Source of the DNA: Chrysomallon squamiferum
Taxonomy: Eukaryota > Animalia > Mollusca
Direction of reading: 5' to 3'
DNA: 64,000 nt
Assembly: GCA_012295275.1 (NCBI GenBank)
Contig: CM022678.1
Coordinates: 18,972,001-19,036,000 of the forward strand
Part shown: positions 55,002 through 64,000 of the stretch, piece after piece
Layout of the letters: each line of letters starts with the position of its first letter
Position numbering within the stretch: position 1 is the stretch's first letter
Notes under the pieces: generated by a model
Seen by the model: only the letters and a program-made list of their open reading frames with translations
Databases searched by the model: none
What the model was told of the DNA's origin: nothing
Position numbers and translations under genes: made by a program

Positions 55002-55966
55002 GTAATAATAGCAATAATAATATAACGAACGAGAAATAGAAAACAACAACAATAAAATTGACAGCAACAAGGACAAGAACGGCAACAAGAACAATAAAAT
55101 GTAAGACAGTTACTACCATTATATACTGGAATGAACAAAGGAAGAATAATAAGGTGGAAATGCATTTAATTTAAAGCTTTTTTCATATTTAAATTTCATT
55201 CTAAATAATAATTATAAGAATAATAATAATAATAATAAAAGCATTAACAATAACAATAACAATAACAACAAAATTAAAATATATTATTAAAGAAATATAA
55301 AACTTAAGAAAAAACTAATAATAGAAATAGAAATATCTCACGATCAGACTGATCTGGAAAAACCCAGTATTTTATTGTTTTAGCAATTTGATTATAAAAT
55401 GTGCGGGCATGATAACCTAAGAAGCAAGTACATATTATAAGGAGGTGTTGTCGTGAATGTGTTTATACTGTTGTCAGGAGAAGAGGTCATACACACCTTA
55501 CATAGATTGTTTATCTACTCTTACTGTGTTGACTGTTCTAATTTCAATAAGGAAAGAAGACACCTGATTTATATTTAAGTGCGCTATGTTTGCGTCACGT
55601 AGGCTGATAAATGTAAAGAAGGGTACGGAGCTGTTGAGAATATCTGGATACAAACTATACAAACTTTATTTATTTATTTATTTATTATTCATTTTTGTTA
55701 GTGGAAAAAAAAATATATCCTTTTCTTCTTATTAGTTTTTATTTTTTTATTTTTTATAAATGGCTTTTGCAAACGTAAGGTGTCAAATAATAATAATAAT
55801 AATAATAATAATAAGAAGAAGAAGAAGAAGAAGAAGAAGAAAAACTAATGACTCAGAGCAGACAGATTTTTGTTAGGCCTAGAGAAATGTACAATTGAGC
55901 CGTAACATAGAAACTGAGATCTACACAGAAAAAACAAAACTACAGACACACAGACACATTTATATA

Positions 55967-56086
<120 letters not shown>

Positions 56087-56098
56087 GATACTTTTTGT

Positions 56099-56490
56099 AC
56101 ATTGTAGCTCGTGCAAACCGTGTGGGTTTTCTGCAGAAAGAGGACGACCGTTCTGCTGAATCAGAATTAATCGAACTGGAAAACCTGGAGGGAGAACTGG
56201 ACAGAATGCGTGCTGTAGCTGAAGCTGAACTTGGTTACTGCTACGATAAATTATCAACGGCTTCTTATCCAAAGGCTCTCGAGCTGCACAGAAAAGTAAA
56301 TGAAAAATATCCAGAAGAACACTAATGAAAATTTGAAGAAGGTCTAACAGTTAGACGATCTCTGTCCCTTCAAAGCTATTCGTTTCAGTCACGTACCGAT
56401 ATCGTTGAATTCGCTGTTAGATGCTAAGAACTGCTACAGGAAGTCGGCAGTAAGGGACCAGAACCATTAAATACCATCGCTCATTCCGGG
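56099..56490 (+). pseudogene. TTC22/IFIT-like TPR fragment, copy C
   Basis: [31 protein letters not shown]... homologous to the other copies; begins just after a (GA)n tract, has in-frame stops (56323-56328, ~56425) and loses similarity by ~56490. Confidence 0.85.
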
Positions 56491-57538
56491 CTTGGGTCAT
56501 TCTTATGTAATTTTATATCGTATCATTTAACTGAGCGATAGTGACTGGCAGAAATTGCAGCACTAACATTTAGTAAAAAGAATAAATAAATAAATAATAA
56601 TAATAATATAATAAAATAAAATAAATAAACAAGCAAACAAAAAAAAATAATAAAAAAAAAATCAAACAAATCCAAAAAAATCAGTTAGGTGATCGTAGAT
56701 TCTAAATAGACTGCCTAACCAATCAGACACGACTATTTTCCATGGTGATCACGTGACAACGATAATGCAGCAGCCTGGTCACTCGACACTCAGGTCAACT
56801 CGACATGTCGATAATAAAATGACTCCATAAAGACAAGACTGGTCCGCCTCAGTGAAAACAAAGGAAGTAAGACTTTATCAAGTTAAATAAGTAAACACAG
56901 ATAAGACAAGAAATAAATTATGAATTTCTTTACTAGCGTGTTTGAGTTCATTTGACAATAAAACATATTTAGAATTTTAATACCGTGCGACATATACTGG
57001 CAAATAAACAAAGGTGTACAATGTACGTGCATCGTTCATTGTGGATTCGTCTGGAATTTAACTTTTGGGAGAATCATTGCTGCGTTTAGACGTATCTGGA
57101 CCTAAGCAGTTAAGGTCTTGAAAGTCATCGTTGATGTGAAATGAAATACATCTTGATAACGATAACACTTGTTACGGAGAGATGGGTGGACCTTTAGTTT
57201 GGATTCAATAAAAAAACACACACAAAAAAACTTTCAGTTTATACAAGTACAGAGAAACATCCAGTGTTTATCTTATTCTTTTCCTAACTGCACGAAAATT
57301 AGTCATATGTACTTTCAGTTTGTTTTATCACGTTCGCGAAACAGCTAAATCTAATAAGCATATAAAGTTACCATTAAACTATAAATGTACATGGTCAGTG
57401 CATTGATATGCACTATTATAGAAACGTTCAAACGAAAAAACACATTCAAAATTATGCTTGGGATATAAAAAAGAAATTTACAAAATTGGATCCTAACGTT
57501 TGTTGAAACCAGTACAAATTGGATGGCATTAATAATAA

Positions 57539-57588
<50 letters not shown>

Positions 57589-58530
57589 TGAAGATAAAGT
57601 ATAAAGCACATAGATATAACAAGGAGGTGTGGCCATGAATGTGTTTAGATTGTTGTCATGCCGCAACTTCGTAATATTACCTTATTAGGTGACATCCCTT
57701 ATGTAGCTTTCACATCGACTATCTTGTTTTATTGTACCGATTCTTGGAATTTCAAGAAGGAAAGTAGACACCTGATTACATATATATATATATGTATGAA
57801 AAGGTGAAGCTATCATAGTTTTTGACTGTTCGTTTGAGAGTAAGGAACATCCAGCGATAACGTGTAAGTTTGATTTAGCATTTGTTATTACTGTATATTT
57901 AAGTAATATTTAAATCATTACTTGTACATTAAAATATAAAATTCATTCATGAATTATCTAGTGATATATGTAAATTATAACTACCACGAAATGGAATAAC
58001 CAAATACACAAGAACCCGATGACACAACACATTGTAAAATTTCAGCTTAGTTCAGAAATAATAGGAGCACGTAAATCGATGCGAATGTTTACTGAAACCA
58101 GTAGGATTTTGATATCGTAATTAAAATTAAGATTTACAGAAGCCTGGGAGAAAAAATATTTTTATTATTAGTATTATTATATTATTATTTTATTTTTATA
58201 CATTTAAAATGTAGACGCAGGTGATTTCGTTGATTATTCTCTGAAGCAAACAAGAAACAGGAGTGTTCCTGTAAAAAGAAGAAGAAAAAATCCCACTAAC
58301 AACTGTTTAATAAATATTTCTCATACCTTACGGGTCTGTTTACTCGCTATGTTTATTGCATATCTCATTCACCTAATTTCATACACCCGTTTGTCTCTCT
58401 ATGCTCTTATACATAGGCTGATAAAGAAGAGCATATGGAACTGTTAGAAATTAGAAAGTCCCGATTTATTATTTATCTATGTATTTATTTATGTTAAATT
58501 AAAATAAAAATATTTCTCTTTTGGAGTTTT

Positions 58531-58566
58531 TTTCTTCTTCTTCTTCTTCTTCTTCTTCTTCTTCTT

Positions 58567-58659
<93 letters not shown>

Positions 58660-58748
58660 TTAACAGAATTAAAAGAAAAATAAATTATTATTAAGAACAA
58701 TATAATTATTTCTTTCTTATTCTTTAATTTTCCAAGTATATGATTTAA

Positions 58749-58835
<87 letters not shown>

Positions 58836-58878
58836 AAGAAGAAGAAGAAGAAGAAGAAGAAGAAGAAGAAGAAGAAGA
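58531..58878. repeat. Compound microsatellites (TTC)n(TTA)n ... (TAA)n(GAA)n in inverted orientation
   Basis: Directly visible; the two blocks are reverse complements of each other. Confidence 0.85.
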
Positions 58879-58984
58879 TGAAGCACAAGAACAAGAAGTG
58901 ACTGACTTTGGTTAGTCCTAGAGATAAGTACAATGGAGAAGCAAAAAGGAATATTAATCAAATATTTTGTAACTTTATTTTAGG

Positions 58985-61484
58985 ATGATGGCTGGGAAAG
59001 CAGAACAAAGCACAAAATCATTAGGTAAGGATTTTGCAAAGATAAAAATTGGTAAGAAATACTAACTACAATGATAATGAAACATTATGTTACATACCAT
59101 CTTCAGCTGTCACTCTTCTGCTTCTTTTTATAAATACGATATTCAATAAACAAAACATTTTCTGATTTATTAGATTTAACCTTAAAAAAAACAAAAAAAC
59201 AATAAGACTAAAAAAAAAAAAGAAGACAAAAAAAGCAAAATAGACAGACAAACACAAAAAAGAGAAGAAAAATTAGCAGTTCATATTTGTAAGATCACAC
59301 TTTTTTCCATTGGCATTGCTTCGACAACTACTAATTACTTATATTTTACTCTTTAGATGCAGATGATGTCATTCTCTTCGAAAAGAGATTGGAATCGTTT
59401 CCTCACTCCTTTCATCTCACAGATCTCATGTTCTGCTCAAAACAGCGAAGACAAAAAATACTTGAACTATTACAACGAGAACATGAACAAATGAAACGAA
59501 GTTTGATTAACACAAATCCAGACGACAATTTTATTTCTTTCTTTCACTTTTTACTAGGAGATCGAGAAAAGGCAACCAAGATAAATTTAAAAGTCCGTCA
59601 TCGAGACCCTGATAACATTTTAGCTCGTGCAAACCGTGTGCGTTTTCTGTTAAAACAGGATAAGCGTTCTGCTGAATCAGAATTAATCGAACTGGAAAAC
59701 CTGGAAGGAGACCTTGACAGAATGCGTGCTGTAGCTGAAGCTGAACTTGCTTATTGCCACCCTAAAATATCGACAGCTTCTAATACAAAGGCTCTGAAGT
59801 TGTACAGAAAAGTAAATCAGAACTATCCGGAAGAATACGAATGGAAATTTGACGAAGCTCTAACACTTAGACGATCTCTATCTATTCATAGCTATTCAAT
59901 TCAGTCAGGCATCAATATTGTTGAATACGCCGTTAGATGCTGTAAACTGCTACAAGAAGTCGGCAGTAAGGGACCAGAACCACTGAATGCCATGGCGTAT
60001 GCCGAGCTTGGGGATTTAGCAAAACTGTTTGAATTTCGATGGACGCCATTTGAAGATAAAAAGCTGGTAGAAGAGGTGCAACAACAAACTGGACTGCTTT
60101 CGCGTGAGGAATATTTCCAGAAAGCTCTTGATTTAGGCAAAGGACGACGCTTTTATACTTGTAAGGTGCGCTAACCATTTTGTAAACACACAGCAACTGG
60201 ATGAGGCTGAGAAAATGTTAGAAAAGTCAGTTAGTCGTAGGCGAACAACGAAAGCTCTTCATCAGCTGGGAAAGGTTCTGCGGAAAAAAGCAAAACAACG
60301 AAGACAGCACGAGAACATTAGATCGTGCCATTGACTGTCTAAAGGAGGCGGTTCGAATAACGCAAAGCGAAAATTATGCTGCAGTATTAGACTTGGCTTT
60401 AGCTTACATGAGTAAAAAATGCTACGAAGATGCTGAACTTCACTTCAAAATTGTAACAGATACAGCCCGTATTAATACCGAACCATTCACAGAAATTATC
60501 GCATTGAAAAATATGAGTTTTATCTATTTTGATAAAGGTAAAAATTGGAGACTTTCTCCGGAGGAAAAGACTCGGCTGAAGAAACAAGAAATGAATTATA
60601 AAAGTCTTGCTGTAGAAGCTTCTGCGACAGAAGTGCTGTATAAATATCGCACTCATTTCAAAACGGTGACAGATTTGCTGAAGCAAACGAAAGATCTACG
60701 TGGAGTAGATATACCGCGGCAAGTTAAAGATGTTTACTGTATGATCAGTGAATTCGCCCCTTCTCTTCCAATTTATGAGAAGATTCAAAACGGAAATCTG
60801 GGATCACAAGACTGGATTGCAATTACAGAGCAATATCTCAACCAACAAAAATACGAAAATGCCAGACTGTGTGTAAGTCTGCTGATGGGTACGCAACAAG
60901 CTGATCACGTTCCTTCTTCTCTCGTCAATCGAGTTTACTTGAAAACAGCACAGCAGATCTTATCAAGAGGCGAGTCACCGGGTAAAGCTTGGTCTTGTTT
61001 CAGAAGGATGTTTACATTCTATTACAAAACGAAGAAAGAAGATGAAATAAATGGTGCTGACGTCATGATTCTCCATGACAAAGACGACTGGAAAATATCT
61101 CAGATTTCCATAAAAATTCAGGAAATTCTGCAAAATTATACCGGTCTGAAAGTCACAAGAAATTATGAACTTGCCTTTGAAGGAATGAATGAAATCTCTT
61201 TCTATGAACAACTGATGCCTCTTATTCGATGCATTGTCGTAGTTGTTAATTCGGATACGCCAAACACACACTGGAAACAGGTCATTGATTTGGCAATAGC
61301 AGCTCCTACCAAAAATGAGAAGATGATGATTGTATGCTTGAAATCAGGAGAGACTCACCAAGTCACTGAAGTGAATGATTTCAAAACAGGAAAAACTCCA
61401 CCAGACGATGCAGACGACAAAGCTGCAGTGGACTGGCTGCTGGAAACTTTTCCACTTCTTATTAATGCTGACGTCAATTTGTAA
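58985..61484 (+). pseudogene. TTC22/IFIT-like TPR-TIR gene, copy D (two exons, two +1 frameshifts)
   Basis: Exon 58985-59051 (MMAGKAEQSTKSLGKDFAKIKI, donor gtaag) splices in frame to 59357. Single-base insertions relative to copy A near 60140 and 60299; TIR-like end 61056-61484 is open. Confidence 0.78.
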
Positions 61485-61582
61485 ATTTGATTATTTACAA
61501 ATACTAAGTAGAAATTAAAATGAACTGCATGAATTGTAAGCCAGAATAATAACAATCATGTTAATGATGATGATGATAATGA

Positions 61583-61631
<49 letters not shown>

Positions 61632-62255
61632 GCTAATAATAATAATAGTAATAACCACTTGAAGGTAAACAACAACACGAACCAAAAAATTATACAACTA
61701 ATTACAGTTATATTAGGATCCCTTCTTAAAAAGTTCTAGGACTGGAAATGATTTCCGTTACTGAAGAACAAGATAGTAAATGGATGTTACATGTATATAT
61801 ATGTATAGCGTAGAAAAGAAAAATATAGAGGATGTACAGACGGTGTGCAGTTATTTTAATGATTTCTAATAACTTTGTGCTTGAAATGAAATTTTTGTAA
61901 TCTAGACTCAAAAGGATCATAATAATAACACAGCTTTCCTAAAATTTAACATAATATAAAATATATATTACGTGTCTCTCTCTCTATATAAAGTAATTAT
62001 ACTTGAATAAAATGCTGATTTAGAGAATCGTTTTCTGTTGTTATTGCTTTGTGTGTAATTGTGCCTCCAGGTCAGCGAATTGTGTTAATGATAAAATCTT
62101 TGTATGCGAATAGTTTTTGGTAATTTTGTAATTTAGATTTGGCAGTGTAAGCTGTTTTAATTCATTCTATTTTTAAGTAGAGAGCTTTGTGTGAATGTAC
62201 TGTTATCAGGTGAATGTCTACACCGACCTTTTGACCTTTTCATCTTAGTGTCTAT

Positions 62256-62313
<58 letters not shown>

Positions 62314-62960
62314 TAATTGTAATTGTAATGATAAAACGAAAAAGAAATAGAACAACAATAAAAGTGACATCAGGTATGAGAATAACAATAATTAGAACCG
62401 TAAAATGTGGCACTTTTTCTACTGCTACTATTACTACTACTACATCATTGATAATAACAACAACAAGAACAATAATGAGGTAATGAATATAATTTAAATT
62501 TGAAAATTTTTTTTTTTCGTATTTAAAAGCGTTTCTATTTTAAAATACAGAATCAGTATGTAGGACTAAAACACTGCTACAACTACTACTGCTACTACTA
62601 CTCCTACAACTACTTTTTATCCTGTAACTGCTGCAGTTCTACAACTATTTCTGCCACAACTACTGATGATAATAATGGTTGTTACGTAATTAAATAAAAA
62701 TTAGCAGTATCCTGATTTGTTAAGGAATAACAATCCAGTCCACTTTCAAATCCTGATGATCTGAAAAAAATAAAAATAAATAAATAAATAAATAAAATCA
62801 TATAATTGAACGAATCTGAGTATCAGTAGTACTGATGCGATGAATTGACAATAAATAAATATTAGAAAGATCGCTAGATGTAGATCGTCTAATAAACAGA
62901 GAGACGTAGACAAGTTGGTTTTTCTGTCTTTTGTCATCGTTAAACAAAACCACATGAAAA

Positions 62961-63082
<122 letters not shown>

Positions 63083-63618
63083 AAATACGTATTGAAAAAC
63101 ATATACGCCACAGAGACACAAAAGAACACAACTGTAATTCATATTTCTTTAATACACTTACACACTTTTTCCACTTTTGTTTTGCATTTTGGTCTTTCGA
63201 ACTTTCTTGAGAGCCATCCTACATTTAAAAACAAACAAACCACAAAAACGCGATACAATTAACTGAAAATAAAGATGAAAGAGAAGAAGAAAGAATTGAA
63301 GAAAGAATGAAAGACAGAAAAATGAGGAACAGTCTGATAACGATAATTTGAAAATATATTACACTTTCGTATTCATTCATTGACTCAATGTTTCATTTAT
63401 TTATTATTTAATGTATTCGTTAATTAAACCAATCGTTTATTCTTTAATTAGTTCGTTTCTTCATTCAATTATTCATTCTTTCGTTCACTGGTTATATCAT
63501 TCCGCAGAGGCAGTCTATGACATTAGTACTACTTTACTCACCAGAAACAGTCAGCCTCACTTTCAGATTGTTCGTTTTATCTGCGCTGCCTTGACAGTCT
63601 AAAAAGAAGAAAGCAATC

Positions 63619-63670
<52 letters not shown>

Positions 63671-64000
63671 TAATAATAATCGTAATAAGAAACAAAAACA
63701 GCCAAATTAGAGAGCAGTAGCAGCAACAGGACATAGAGTAATAGTTCTCGCAGTAGACTGGTAATGGTACTAGTAATATTAGTAGTAGTAGTGATACTAC
63801 TGGTAGTAGTGGTAGCAGTAGTAATAAGTTAGTTTTATTTTTATTCTAATGATCAACACAGTTCAAACTAATTAACAGCTTTAAACAACATGAAAATTAA
63901 AATTATTCACATAGTAGAAATGATACAGCAGCAACAACAATTGTGAAAAACATAAAATAATGAAAAAAATAACAGTAATAACAATAACAGAGTGACAATA

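Noticed and set aside
60161-60321. Cryptic GT-AG intron that would restore the frame of copy D
   Set aside because: No polypyrimidine tract, and the segment is TPR-coding sequence collinear with copies A and B.

Overview
AT-rich, microsatellite-dense eukaryotic DNA with spliceosomal GT-AG introns; the repeat content and gene families suggest a marine invertebrate, probably a mollusc (inference). The window is an innate-immunity-type locus with two parts. (1) A giant NLR-like gene on the + strand: an 11.2-kb single exon (22575-33784) encodes an nSTAND3-type P-loop NTPase followed by roughly 85-90 ankyrin repeats, built mostly from a 198-bp two-repeat unit with hypervariable binding-surface residues. 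Small upstream exons splice in frame (all phase 1) and add an N-terminal segment carrying a RHIM-like amyloid motif (GNVQMGDHNTI), which the ORF track does not connect to the big ORF. (2) A tandem cluster of four TTC22/IFIT-like TPR genes, three ending in a TIR-like domain (44.7-61.5 kb); every copy has its own frameshift, stop or truncation. The rest is decayed hAT transposase fragments, non-autonomous hAT-like elements, a 1.7-kb hairpin-forming minisatellite, decayed local duplications and microsatellites. Splice models and domain calls were made by eye, without database searches or transcript data.
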